The notes under the pieces were generated by a model, which did no database searches, had not been told where the DNA came from, and saw nothing but the letters and a program-made list of their open reading frames with translations. Of a DNA stretch of 64,000 nucleotides, positions 1-10,122 are shown piece after piece. The stretch is from Bacillota bacterium (GTDB taxonomy: Bacteria; Bacillota; JAAYKD01): assembly GCA_963666425.2 (NCBI GenBank), contig OY762825.2, positions 896,001-960,000 on the forward strand, written 5' to 3'. The translations under genes and the position numbers were made by a program. The first letter of the stretch is position 1, and each line of letters begins with the position of its first letter.

Positions 1-422
1 ATAAAATATTTCCCACCTCTTCTGCGAACAATCACCACTCTGTCACTGTCTGAACCTTCATTTTTGACATAGAGCTTCTGCATCCCTTCGATCGTCGGTG
101 GAGATCGATCGATTTGGATGTCCAGCGTCAACGGCTTCATCAATTGATAATGATTGTTTGCCGCAGCACCGATGAAATAAGACTTGGCCAAATAAGATTT
201 GGTTTTATTGGCATTCTTCAGGAAAATAATTTCCCGCCTTTTTAAGGGATGATCTCCTTTGAGCAAATTCATCATCTTAACCGATTCCTCAGGGTTCCCT
301 TCAAAGCTGAGATAAGCAAGCAGGAATAAAGCGACCGTATGTAAAGGGGATTCCATCATCTCCGATGCAAGAGCCTCAAATTCCTGATAGTCTTTCGGTA
401 AATCCTGAAAAACAATATTCAT
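1..422 (-). CDS. Hypothetical protein, DUF6935-like (3' end runs off the window)
   Basis: Translated manually from ATG at 422: MNIVFQDLPKDYQEFEALASEMMESPLHTVALFLLAYLSF...KSYFIGAAANNHYQL...; open to the window edge; purine-rich RBS upstream. The family call is from remembered resemblance only. Confidence 0.6.
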   Translation of the reverse strand, partial: MNIVFQDLPKDYQEFEALASEMMESPLHTVALFLLAYLSFEGNPEESVKMMNLLKGDHPLKRREIIFLKNANKTKSYLAKSYFIGAAANNHYQLMKPLTLDIQIDRSPPTIEGMQKLYVKNEGSDSDRVVIVRRRGGKYF

Positions 423-573
423 AAAGCTTACCTTCTCTTTCTTTTCGTAACCCTCTTTTCTGCTGCGCCTGAACAAAACAAATACCGCAGCAATTGCTGC
501 CGTTTCGCTTTATTCATCCGCTTACCGCGTCAATTTTGCATATCATCCTATTTGCCGGTGCTTATTGGCTAAA

Positions 574-1758
574 TCATATTTTCTTGCCGCATTGCGGACA
601 GAATTTTGCGCCTTTCTCACTTGCTTGAAATTGATAACCGCACTGGCTGCAATGAGAGGCCACGATCGGTTTTGCCGCGCCGCAGGCAGAGCAGAAGTTC
701 CCGCTGGCGGTTGATCCGCAGCTGCACTTCCAAGATTCTGTTGGCTGTGCAGCAACAGCGCTGTTCTGTTGTGCATTTTGATTAGCCGCCGCCGCCATAA
801 AGCCTCCGGCTGCTTGATTCCCCATATTAATACCCATAAAACCAGCCATACTACCGGCAGGATTGGCTCCGGCGGCTTCTAGTCCTCTGGCAATGGAACC
901 TTGAATATAACCTTCGCGCACATTGGCGTCGCTTAGCATGGCGCCTTGGTTGCGCATATTGATCAGTTTGGCAGATTCTTCATCATATGAGATACTGGCG
1001 ATGCCAACCGCTTGAATATCAAACCCGCGTTTGGTTCTCCAATCGATATCAAGAATATTCGCCATATAATTGCTCAGTTCGACGCTCTTGGAAGGGGCAT
1101 AAGAAATCCGGATACCATCCACTGACATTTGGTTGATCGCAGCTTGCAGCGCCGACATGAATTCGGAGAAGTACTGTTCGTTGATCTCTTCAATTTCCAC
1201 TGTGTTCTTATTATGCGGTACCGCTTCGGTATAGAACAGGATGGGATCTGTTATTTTAATGGAATACGTTCCGTGAGCCCGTAAAAACAGTTCTGCATTG
1301 TAGAAATTGTCGAAGTAATTAATGGGGTTGCGGGTACCAAATTTAATGCCTTTGATTTCCTGTGTATTGATATAAACTACTTTTTGTTTTCCGGAAGGCA
1401 TACCGCCGAATTTCACACGTTTCCAAGTATCCGCTAACACATCAGAAAAACTGCCGGCGAATAAAGAAGGGTTGCCGACATTGCTGACGGTATAATAACC
1501 TTCTTCCGCAGTAAAATCTACGATCCCGCCGCCATCCAGTAAAATCATAAATTGATTGGGATAAACATGGATAACCGAACCATCATTAATGGTTCCTTCT
1601 GTTGCATTTCGGTTTAAATTCCTTTTATCACCGCGGCGTGCCGTCACACCGCTGGTCATCACAGTCGTGTCACTCATGGCATCCGGCTCGATCACTTCAA
1701 GCCACTGATCGGAAATTGCACTGCCCACGACAGAAATTGCTGCTCGAATCAAACCCAT
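574..1758 (-). CDS. SPFH/band-7 domain protein (YdjI-like) with C-terminal double zinc ribbon
   Basis: MGLIRAA start with GGAGG RBS; motifs KFGTRNPINYFD and FLRAHGTYS; Gly/Ala/Met-rich linker; C-terminal CSC..CSAC and CSQC..CPQC. Confidence 0.85.
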   Translation of the reverse strand: MGLIRAAISVVGSAISDQWLEVIEPDAMSDTTVMTSGVTARRGDKRNLNRNATEGTINDGSVIHVYPNQFMILLDGGGIVDFTAEEGYYTVSNVGNPSLFAGSFSDVLADTWKRVKFGGMPSGKQKVVYINTQEIKGIKFGTRNPINYFDNFYNAELFLRAHGTYSIKITDPILFYTEAVPHNKNTVEIEEINEQYFSEFMSALQAAINQMSVDGIRISYAPSKSVELSNYMANILDIDWRTKRGFDIQAVGIASISYDEESAKLINMRNQGAMLSDANVREGYIQGSIARGLEAAGANPAGSMAGFMGINMGNQAAGGFMAAAANQNAQQNSAVAAQPTESWKCSCGSTASGNFCSACGAAKPIVASHCSQCGYQFQASEKGAKFCPQCGKKI

Positions 1759-1847
1759 TTCAATTCCTCCTGTTTCAATTGATTCTTCGGAATAAACTGA
1801 TCCATGCTCCTCGTCAAACGTCGGCCGCATTGGATAGACCTTTTTTA

Positions 1848-1873
1848 ATTCTATTATTGCTTGCTTAATTCCT
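1848..1873 (-). promoter_or_regulatory. Sigma-H-like promoter for the SPFH gene
   Basis: AGGA-N18-GAAT on the minus strand. Confidence 0.55.
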
Positions 1874-1964
1874 TTTTCTTATTTCTGACAATCTCATAAT
1901 TTTACCTTTTTTTTCAAAAAGAAGCTACATCTGCTGCAGCTTCTTTTTGTAAGAATTTGAAAAC

Positions 1965-2327
1965 CTATTTCTTTAAGGAATAAATCACGATTGCCAAGAG
2001 AACCAGGTCTTCTTTGGTATCGTTTAAAACATAATGGCTATCACCGTCACGGCAAAGCGTGAAATCGCCTGTCTCGACCCGACACTCTTTCCCGTTATCC
2101 AGATAATGACCACTGCCGGCAAGAATGTAATAGGCTTCCCAATCCCCTTCGTGGGCATGATTGCCAACAGAATCCCCTGGCTTTAAAGTCATCACATTGA
2201 ATAAGCGGCCGGTTCCGGCAAAATCCTGATCCTCCATCAATTGACGGATAGCGATGGCTCCCTGGCCGCCTTTTACGCTTTGTTTTACCACCAGAGTGCC
2301 TTCATTTGGTTTAACGATCATGATCAA
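1965..2327 (-). CDS. Cupin domain protein
   Basis: Cupin motifs HAHEGDWEAYYILAG and GDSH. Confidence 0.85.
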   Translation of the reverse strand: MIMIVKPNEGTLVVKQSVKGGQGAIAIRQLMEDQDFAGTGRLFNVMTLKPGDSVGNHAHEGDWEAYYILAGSGHYLDNGKECRVETGDFTLCRDGDSHYVLNDTKEDLVLLAIVIYSLKK

Positions 2328-2388
2328 TCTCCCCCTTCAGTTCTTTATAAAAAACGCAGGAATTCCCCTTAACATAACCTAAAGAAAA

Positions 2389-2414
2389 ATTCGCTGAACG
2401 AGGCTTTAGTTCCT
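2389..2414 (-). promoter_or_regulatory. Sigma-H-like promoter for the cupin gene
   Basis: AGGA-N18-GAAT on the minus strand. Confidence 0.55.
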
Positions 2415-2538
2415 TCAAAACAGCTGAGAGTAAAATGATCTGAGCAACCCCAATAGTTGTTCAGAGAAGCTTAAAAAGCAACGGTACGCTACAACTCATC
2501 TTTTGGAGCCGCAGTATACCGTCATCGCCTTATCTAAA

Positions 2539-3618
2539 CTAGACATTAAAACGGATATTCAAAATGTCGCCATCTTTGACAATATAATCTTTGCCTTCCA
2601 ACCGCAGCAAACCTTTTTCTTTACACTTACCTACCGTCCCGTAGGTATGCAAATCTTCATAAGCAACGACTTCGGCACGGATAAAGCCGCGCTCCAGGTC
2701 GCTATGAATCTTGCCGGCTGCCTTTTTCGCTTCCAAACCTTTCGTAATAGTCCAAGCCCGCACTTCGTCTTCGCCTGAAGTAAAGAAAGAAATCAGGTGG
2801 ACCAATTCGTACATACTGCGTGCCAAACGATAAGTACCGGCTTCAACGATGCCCAGATCTTCCATAAAGAGCGCACGGTCCTCTTCCGGCAGCTGAGCGA
2901 TTTCGTTTTCCATCTCGGCACAGATCACCAAATAACCGTAGCCCTTCTCCCGCAGCGTTTGTTCCACCTTCGCTTTGGAAGGGTACTCATTGGCTTTGAA
3001 CTGCGCTTCCTCGACGTTGACGACGACCAGTTGCGGCAGCATGGTGAAAAAAGCATAATTTTGAATGGAAACAGCTTCTGCTTCACTTAAAATAACTTCT
3101 CTCAACGGTTTTTCCGCTTCCAAAGCAGTTTGATATTTTGCCAAAGCAGCCAGCTCCAGAGTCTGCTCCGGCGTGATTTTTTTGCCGCTCTGAATACGCT
3201 GTAAGCGTTTTTCGATAAAATCAAGATCCGCCAGGAGTAATTCCGCATCGACATTATTCAGATCCCGGATCGGATCGACATTGCCATCCACATGTTCCAC
3301 TTCATCTGTCTCGAAGGCGCGGACGACATGCACCAAGGCATCCACCTGCCGAATCTGATCCAAAAACGCGTTGCCGCCGGTGGAACCTTCATGACTGAGG
3401 CCCGGCAAATCGGTAATCTCGATTTGAGCATAAGTGGTTTTTTTGGGCTTGTAGAGTTTGCTGAGCCAATCAATCCTGATATCGGGCACCTTTGCCATAC
3501 CCAGGTTTGGTTCGGTCCGACCGCTTAAGTGTTTGGAGATTTCTGCTTCTCCATTTGTTAAAAGATTAAAAAGAGTGGTCTTTCCCACCAAAGGCAGGCC
3601 GATTAATCCTATTTTCAT
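2539..3618 (-). CDS. ychF: YchF/OLA1-family ATPase
   Basis: P-loop GLPLVGKTT; DLPGL; C-terminal TGS-like region AGKIHSDLERGFIRAEV...EGKDYIVKDGD. Confidence 0.9.
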   Translation of the reverse strand: MKIGLIGLPLVGKTTLFNLLTNGEAEISKHLSGRTEPNLGMAKVPDIRIDWLSKLYKPKKTTYAQIEITDLPGLSHEGSTGGNAFLDQIRQVDALVHVVRAFETDEVEHVDGNVDPIRDLNNVDAELLLADLDFIEKRLQRIQSGKKITPEQTLELAALAKYQTALEAEKPLREVILSEAEAVSIQNYAFFTMLPQLVVVNVEEAQFKANEYPSKAKVEQTLREKGYGYLVICAEMENEIAQLPEEDRALFMEDLGIVEAGTYRLARSMYELVHLISFFTSGEDEVRAWTITKGLEAKKAAGKIHSDLERGFIRAEVVAYEDLHTYGTVGKCKEKGLLRLEGKDYIVKDGDILNIRFNV

Positions 3619-3688
3619 TTCTTGTCACCCTTTCTAAACGTACGTGATAATCTATTTTTTCTAGACAGACGGTTCAAACTCCTTTAAA

Positions 3689-3725
3689 AAACCGGCAGCA
3701 ACCCAATTCTTGTTGCTGCCGGTTT
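3689..3725 (-). terminator. Intrinsic terminator after the nitroreductase gene
   Basis: AAACCGGCAGCAAC / GTTGCTGCCGGTTT inverted repeat with a T-tract on the minus strand. Confidence 0.7.
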
Positions 3726-3747
3726 GTGGTTTTTAAAACTCCAAATC

Positions 3748-4311
3748 TTAGCGTATATAGGTGATACAGTTTTCTTTGCGCGGTTTTGCAGCAGGCTGCG
3801 GGCAATCGGGATATCCAACCGCTAAGCCAAAGACCGGGAAATAGCCTTCCGGGACTTGCAGTTTTTTAGCCATCTCCGGGCCTTTCTCTGTAGCGAACGC
3901 CTGCATAAAAGATGCGACATAACAGGAGCCTAAGCCGATGCTGTAGGCTGCTAAAGCGGTTTGTGTCGCCAGATTGGCACAATCGCTTTTGCCGTAGGCT
4001 CTGCTCTGTTCGGCAGAAAAGACGATGACAGTTGGCGCATGATAGAAATTATGCGTTTTCGGGTCATCTGCCCGCTTAACCATTTCCGGATTACCGGAGG
4101 AACGCATTACTTTTTTATTCTCTTCAACAATCCAATCGATGACTTCTTTGTTTTGGATCACAGTCACATACCAAGGCTGAGAGTTATTGGCACTGGGAGC
4201 CGCTAAACCGGCTGTTAAGATCGTTTGCAGTTCTTCCTCTTTAATCTGTTCTGTTTTGAAAGCGCGAATACTGCGGCGATCCAGCATAGTTTGAATCGTT
4301 TCATTCATCAT
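3748..4311 (-). CDS. Nitroreductase family protein
   Basis: RRSIRAF, APSANNSQPW and GLGSCY motifs. Confidence 0.9.
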   Translation of the reverse strand: MMNETIQTMLDRRSIRAFKTEQIKEEELQTILTAGLAAPSANNSQPWYVTVIQNKEVIDWIVEENKKVMRSSGNPEMVKRADDPKTHNFYHAPTVIVFSAEQSRAYGKSDCANLATQTALAAYSIGLGSCYVASFMQAFATEKGPEMAKKLQVPEGYFPVFGLAVGYPDCPQPAAKPRKENCITYIR

Positions 4312-4445
4312 AAATCCCTCCCCTTCCTCATTTCGATCTCATTTTAACACTTCCCTGACGGATGCACAAGAGCGAAAAGAAAAGGAAATTTTTTTAAATA
4401 TTTCATTACTCCCGTATCGGCATGCCGATAAATGGCAAGTTTTTT

Positions 4446-5791
4446 TTAAGCACCACAGAGCGGCGGATTTTCCGCTTCGGATGCTTCATTCGCTGCCAAT
4501 TCCGGCTCAGGCGCTGCTTCCGGCAGTGCCTCGACTTCCCGCAGTCTGCTGCGGATCGCGCGGGTACGCACCCCCACCAGTTTATCCAATTCGTCCCTGG
4601 CTTGATCCAACTTTTTCTGTGTTGAACCCAAGACACCGGCAAATTTCTCAAATTCTGCTTTGACGCCGCCTAAGGTCCGCCAAACTTCTCCGGATTGCTT
4701 TTGAATCGCCAGCGTCCGGAACCCCATTTGCAGGCTATTGAGTAAGGCGGCCATGGTAGTCGGTCCGGCAATATTGATTTGGTAATCCCGCTGTAAGGCT
4801 TCAATCATACCGTGCCGCACCACTTCGGCGTAAAGACCCTCTACCGGCAGGAACATAATAGCAAAATTTGTGGTAAAGGGCAGATGGATATATTTATCGT
4901 GAATGGTTTTGGCAAAGGTTTTGATGATGCGTTCAAAATCTTTGCCGCTTTGAGCCACAAGTTCCGCCTGACCGCTGTCATAAGCAGCCAAGAGTGTCTG
5001 ATAAGTCTCGATAGGGAACTTGGAATCAATCGGCAGCCAGACGGTCCCATTGCCGTCGCCCGGCAGTTTGATGGCAAATTCTACCCGTTCAGCCGAATTG
5101 GGAACGACCGCTACGTTGGTAGCATATTGTTCCGGTGACAGTATCTGCTCCAAAATCGCACCCAACTGCAATTCACCCAGCATACCACGCGTTTTCACGT
5201 TGGAAAGGACTTTTTTCAAGTCGCCCACCCCGGCAGCCAGCGTCTGCATTTCTCCCAAACCTTTGTAGACGTCTTCCAGACGCTTACTGACCAGCTGAAA
5301 GGACTGACCGATGCGCTCCTCCAGGGTTTTCTGCAATTTTTCATCCACAGTCTGCCGCATTAAGTCCAATTGCCGCCCGTTCTCTGTTTTCATCGCCGTC
5401 AGGTTTTCATTGACATTGCGGTTCATTTCAGCCAGTTGATTCTGTGTCTGCAGCGTTAATTGACTGATCTGACGCTGCATTTCTTCATTGCGCTGGCTGT
5501 ATTGCTTGTTCAATTCGGAAAGACGGGTATCCAGCATCTGTGTATTTTGGCTTTGACCGTCGCGGATCCATTGACTGAAAGTAGTGAAAACACTTTGCAT
5601 GGTCTGCTGTATTTCCTGACGGGTCTGCCGCTCTTCCTGCAGCAATTCATTTGCAGCAGATCTCGAAATTGCTTTTCCAATTCGCGTTCTCTCATCAAAT
5701 TTCGCTTCAGCATCCAATAAACAGCCAACAGAACGACTAGATTGATCAGGGTAAAGCCAGCCAAAACGGCAAACAGCAGCGAATCGTTCAT
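4446..5791 (-). CDS. rmuC: DNA recombination protein RmuC (single-base frameshift near 5650)
   Basis: KTRGMLGE, LPIDSKFP and FAIMFLPVEGLYAE motifs in ORF 4446-5717. The N-terminal membrane anchor (MNDSLLFAVLAGF..., RBS AAAGGGGAG) lies in another frame starting at 5791. Confidence 0.85.
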
Positions 5792-5909
5792 TGTTTTCTC
5801 CCCTTTCCTATCCATTCTATTATAACGATAAACCATGAAATTGCAAGGAAGCCGGCTTTGGTCCGAAACAAACAATCCTGGTCCGGCACTTGTTGTTTGC
5901 CTGTTCGAT

Positions 5910-5938
5910 TTGACTTTCCTGCCTTACCGCTCTATAAT
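5910..5938 (+). promoter_or_regulatory. Sigma-A promoter for the Mrp ATPase gene
   Basis: TTGACT-17 bp-TATAAT. Confidence 0.75.
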
Positions 5939-5967
5939 CAACATAAATAGAAGAGGAGATGAATCAC

Positions 5968-6813
5968 ATGAATGAAACCACCTGCGATCACAACTGTGAC
6001 CAATGTTCCAGCAACTGCGAATCGCGTCAGCCATTGGATTTGAAAGCGCCGCTGCACCAGATGAGCCAAGTTGGCAAGGTGATCGGCGTCGTCAGCGGTA
6101 AGGGCGGCGTCGGGAAATCTTTGGTCACTTCATTATTAGCCATTGCCATGCAGCGTCGAGGCTTCCGTACGGCGATTCTGGATGCTGACATCACCGGACC
6201 CTCGATTCCCCGAATTTTGGGTTTAACCGCAAAAGCGACTTCTGATGAAATTGGACTCTATCCGGTCTACAGCAAAACCGGCATCGCTGTGATGTCGATC
6301 AATCTCTTGCTGGAGAATGCGGATGATCCTGTCGTTTGGCGCGGTCCGATCATCGCTGGTACCGTCAAGCAATTTTGGACGGAAGTCATTTGGGATCGTA
6401 TCGACTATATGTTTGTTGATATGCCGCCCGGCACCGGTGATGTGCCGCTGACTGTCTTCCAATCTCTGCCGATTGACGGCATTGTGATTGTCACTTCTCC
6501 GCAGGAGTTGGTCTCTGTTATCGTAGGCAAAGCAATCAAGATGGCAAAACTGATGAATATCCCGATTTACGGTTTGATCGAAAACATGAGTTATCTGCTC
6601 TGCCCGGACTGCGGCAAAAAGATCTCTGTCTTTGGACCCAGTCATCTGCAGGAAGTGGCCGCAAAACATCAGATTCCTGTCTTGGGAGAAGTCCCCATCG
6701 ATCCCGCTTTGGCGGCAGCCTGCGATCGGGGCGAACTGGAATTGCTCGAACAGAACTATCTGCAGCTGGCGGTCGATCTGATCGACGACAGCAACGGCTG
6801 CACCAAAAAGTAA
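5968..6813 (+). CDS. Mrp/NBP35 (ApbC) Fe-S cluster carrier ATPase
   Basis: N-terminal CDHNCDQCSSNC; deviant Walker A SGKGGVGKS; DMPPGTGD; ENMS..CPDC. An alternative start is at 5959. Confidence 0.92.
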   Translation: MNETTCDHNCDQCSSNCESRQPLDLKAPLHQMSQVGKVIGVVSGKGGVGKSLVTSLLAIAMQRRGFRTAILDADITGPSIPRILGLTAKATSDEIGLYPVYSKTGIAVMSINLLLENADDPVVWRGPIIAGTVKQFWTEVIWDRIDYMFVDMPPGTGDVPLTVFQSLPIDGIVIVTSPQELVSVIVGKAIKMAKLMNIPIYGLIENMSYLLCPDCGKKISVFGPSHLQEVAAKHQIPVLGEVPIDPALAAACDRGELELLEQNYLQLAVDLIDDSNGCTKK

Positions 6814-6849
6814 ACTGCGAATCAAGCATCGCATCATTTAAAAATGATC

Positions 6850-6924
6850 AAAACCCCGTCCGATCTCCCATAGCAGCTCTTCTTGAAAATGAGCCTGCTG
6901 TTTTAGGAGATCGGACGGGGTTTT
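6850..6924. terminator. Bidirectional terminator between convergent genes
   Basis: Perfect 19-bp arms AAAACCCCGTCCGATCTCC / GGAGATCGGACGGGGTTTT with an inner imperfect stem. Confidence 0.75.
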
Positions 6925-6961
6925 GCTTTCTTTTCGCTCAGCGAGGGAGAACGATATCCGC

Positions 6962-7507
6962 TTACTCGGGATGTTTTGTAAACCATTCTTCTTCTAAAAT
7001 GGCATAGACATAGGTATCCTGCCAGATCGGCTGTCCGGTCAGATCTTTTTGAAAAAAGACATTTTTGCGATGATGCGCTTCACGCCGCAGCGCTAATCGC
7101 TCCAGGAGTCGCCAGGAAGCTGTATTTTCCGGGTTGCAGCGTGCTAGCACACGGTGCAGACCAAGCGTGTAAAAACCGTAATTCAACAAAGCCGTCGCTG
7201 CTTCACTGGCGTAACCCTGATGCTGATAAGCCGCATTGAAGACATAACCCAGTTCATAGGTAGCGGCATCCTGTTCGGAAAAATAGAGGTTTCCGATCAG
7301 CTTGCCGCTTTCCTTCAAGCTGACCGCATAAAAATCAGCATTATTGCAGCGAAAAGCCAATTCTTCTTGGCAGCCAGCCAAATCCATCGCTGCATAAGGT
7401 TCATAGCGCAGCACAGCCGCATCGGAAAGATATTCGTAGAGATCCATCAGATCCTCCGGCTGAAAGCGGCGGATGATCACACGCTCTGTCTGCAAATCGG
7501 TTTTCAT
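6962..7507 (-). CDS. GNAT N-acetyltransferase (RimJ/RimL type)
   Basis: TERVIIRRF, ELGY, QHQGYASEA and NTASWRLLERL motifs; ATGA overlap with the upstream gene. Confidence 0.88.
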   Translation of the reverse strand: MKTDLQTERVIIRRFQPEDLMDLYEYLSDAAVLRYEPYAAMDLAGCQEELAFRCNNADFYAVSLKESGKLIGNLYFSEQDAATYELGYVFNAAYQHQGYASEAATALLNYGFYTLGLHRVLARCNPENTASWRLLERLALRREAHHRKNVFFQKDLTGQPIWQDTYVYAILEEEWFTKHPE

Positions 7508-8532
7508 GCCTGAACCTTAGCCAAAGCCTGCAGGAATCCCTCTACGGTTTCTTCTTTGGTAGCCCAGGAAGTCACAAAGCGAACGACTGTATGAGCAGCA
7601 TCTGCCCTACCCCAAACCTCGTAACGGCAGACAGTCTGCAGCTGTGGTAAGATCGCATCGGGGAAAATCGGAAAAATCTGATTGGTAGCAGAGTGTGTCA
7701 GGAAACCATAGCCTTGCGCAGCAATGCCCGACTGTAAACGCTGCGCCATTTGATTGGCATGAGCAGCAATCTGAAAATAGAGATCATCCTGCAGCAAAGC
7801 CAGAAACTGCAAACCCAATAAACGACCTTTAGCCAAGAGGCCGCCCCGCTGTTTGATCGAGTAACGGAAATTTTCCTGCAAAGCGGGATGATTGATCACC
7901 AAGGCTTCCCCAAAGAGCGCGCCGTTTTTTGTGCCGCCGATATAGAAAGCGTCGGTGAGACGGGCGAGATCCGGCAAACTGATATCATTGCCTTCTCCGG
8001 TCAGGGCGGTAGCCAAACGAGCGCCATCCAAATAGAGATAGAGCTGATGCACCTGACAGAACTGCCAGAGAGCAGTCAATTCCGCCAGCGTATAGAGAGT
8101 GCCGATTTCGGTAGCATCGGAAATAAAGACAACTTTAGGCTGCACCATATGCTCATCCGGATGTCCTTGCAGCACCGGCAGGATCAGTTCCGGCGTCAGT
8201 TTGCCATCCGGCGTTTCCACCGCCAGGACTTTATGTCCGGTTGCTTCAATCGCACCCGTTTCATGCACAAAGATATGACCGGTTTTGGCGGCAATCACCG
8301 CCTGATAGGGCCGCATGATGGCTGATAAAACCGTCAGGTTGACTTGGGTGCCTCCCACCAAGAAATGCACCGCCGCTTGGGGAGAAGCCACTTTACTGCG
8401 GATTAAATCGGCGGCTTTGACACAATATTCATCCATGCCATAACCAACGGTTTGTTCAAAATTGGTTTCCGTCAGTGCCTGCAGCACTTTAGCATGGGCA
8501 CCCTCACTATAATCATTAATAAAAAAATACAT
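7504..8532 (-). CDS. ltaE: Low-specificity L-threonine aldolase (PLP-dependent)
   Basis: FINDYSEGAH, HETGAIE, LDGARL and GGTKNG (PLP lysine). Start moved to MYFFIND on the basis of the GGAG RBS. Confidence 0.85.
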   Translation of the reverse strand: MYFFINDYSEGAHAKVLQALTETNFEQTVGYGMDEYCVKAADLIRSKVASPQAAVHFLVGGTQVNLTVLSAIMRPYQAVIAAKTGHIFVHETGAIEATGHKVLAVETPDGKLTPELILPVLQGHPDEHMVQPKVVFISDATEIGTLYTLAELTALWQFCQVHQLYLYLDGARLATALTGEGNDISLPDLARLTDAFYIGGTKNGALFGEALVINHPALQENFRYSIKQRGGLLAKGRLLGLQFLALLQDDLYFQIAAHANQMAQRLQSGIAAQGYGFLTHSATNQIFPIFPDAILPQLQTVCRYEVWGRADAAHTVVRFVTSWATKEETVEGFLQALAKVQA

Positions 8533-8637
8533 TTTTACTCCTGCCTTTCTCGATTCGATTGGGGTTTTCCGGTTCAGGAACTGCTTGCAGCCCACCTGAT
8601 CCAGCATCGTTTGGCTGCGTTTGAAATTCACTCTGAC

Positions 8638-10092
8638 TCACTCCATCTGTGGCCAACGGCGATGCTGTGTCGCCTGTTCATAAGCGTAGGCATAGGCCAG
8701 TAAACATGCTTCGCTAAAAGCGGTACCAGTAAAGCTAATGCCAAACGGCTGCCCGGAAGTCAAATAACCAGCCGGCACGATGACACTGGGGTAGCCGGCT
8801 TTTGCACCGATCCCGGCTGCGGCATTGCCGCGAAAAACCAGCGCATCCAGGTGGTATTGCTTTAAGGCCCAGTCAATCCCCTGCTCGCGGCTGTTGGTCA
8901 AATCCTGCAGGCGATCCTGCCAATAAGCCGGTTCGGTTAAAGTCCCACTCAGCGCTTCCGCTTTTTCCAATAAATCCTGACCATAAACGAGGCATTGCTC
9001 TGCGTGCGCAGCGTTGTAAGCAATCAGATCCGTCAAAGAATGGATCGGTAGATAGGCTTCCACCGTTTTCAAATAAGCATTCAGCGCCGGTTTGAATTCA
9101 TGCAGCATAGCCGAACTGCGGGTTTGCAGAATGGCAGTGTAGCCGGGAATTTCCTCAATTTCAATCACTTCCGCGCCCGCCTGACGCAATTCATCGATGA
9201 CGCGCTGCATCCCTGCTCGGCGCTCTTCATCTAAATTGACATAAGACTGGCTGACCATGCCCAAGCGGCGGCCTTGCAGCGCTTCCTTCTTGAGCAAAGC
9301 GGTGTAGTCGGGCAGTTCTGCCGGCGCGGTCAGAGTACTTGGATCTTTTTCATCTCTTCCCGCTAAAACATTCAGCAGGATTGCCGCATCCCAGACGCAA
9401 AGCGCCAGCGGGCCGGCCGTATCCTGCGTAACCATAATCGGAATAATCCCACGGCGGCTGATCAAGCCAAGCGTGGGTTTGACTCCAACCACACTATTGG
9501 CATTGGCCGGCGATAAAATCGAGCCGGATGTTTCTGTCCCGATGGCTGCCGGAATCATTCCGCAGGCAACCGCCGCCCCCGGACCGGAACTGGAACCGCC
9601 TACATCCAAATCAGCGGGACCATAGGGATTGCAGACCTGACCCCCACGGGAACTGAAGCCATTCTTCATATGACCGGACATGAAATTAGCCCATTCCGTC
9701 ATATTGGCTTTACCCAGCAAAATCGCACCGGCTTGCCGCAATCTGCGCGCCACTTCAGAATCCTGGGCAGCATAGTGCTGCTGCAAGGCCAAAGAACCGG
9801 CTGAAGTATGCATCGCATCCGCAGTATCAATATTATCTTTCAGTAGAAGCGGAATTCCATGCAAAGGGCCGCGCAAATGACCCGCTGCCCGTTCTTTGTC
9901 AGCCGCTTCTGCCAACAGCAATGCTTCCGGATTCAATTCCAAGACCGCGTTGATCATTTTTCCACTGTGGTTGTGCATCGTAATAGTCTGCAGACAATCT
10001 TTCACCAATTCAACCGAGCTCGTTTCTCCCTTTGCTAAGGCAACCAATAAAGACTCGACTGTATTCTGCCCTAAATTCGCCATATAACCCAC
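8638..10092 (-). CDS. Amidase (amidase-signature family)
   Basis: KDNIDT, GGSSSG and GTETSGS (Lys-cisSer-Ser triad). Confidence 0.9.
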   Translation of the reverse strand: MGYMANLGQNTVESLLVALAKGETSSVELVKDCLQTITMHNHSGKMINAVLELNPEALLLAEAADKERAAGHLRGPLHGIPLLLKDNIDTADAMHTSAGSLALQQHYAAQDSEVARRLRQAGAILLGKANMTEWANFMSGHMKNGFSSRGGQVCNPYGPADLDVGGSSSGPGAAVACGMIPAAIGTETSGSILSPANANSVVGVKPTLGLISRRGIIPIMVTQDTAGPLALCVWDAAILLNVLAGRDEKDPSTLTAPAELPDYTALLKKEALQGRRLGMVSQSYVNLDEERRAGMQRVIDELRQAGAEVIEIEEIPGYTAILQTRSSAMLHEFKPALNAYLKTVEAYLPIHSLTDLIAYNAAHAEQCLVYGQDLLEKAEALSGTLTEPAYWQDRLQDLTNSREQGIDWALKQYHLDALVFRGNAAAGIGAKAGYPSVIVPAGYLTSGQPFGISFTGTAFSEACLLAYAYAYEQATQHRRWPQME

Positions 10093-10122
10093 CTTCCTTC
10101 CCTTTCACAAATACTCGATTGC

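Noticed and set aside
5510-5875. Separate 121-aa membrane protein
   Set aside because: Its central part is the N-terminal anchor of the frameshifted rmuC.
6223-6837. Long antisense ORFs (e.g. 6223-6837, 36749-37450, 55421-56032)
   Set aside because: Shadow frames opposite well-supported genes, with no RBS or recognisable motifs.
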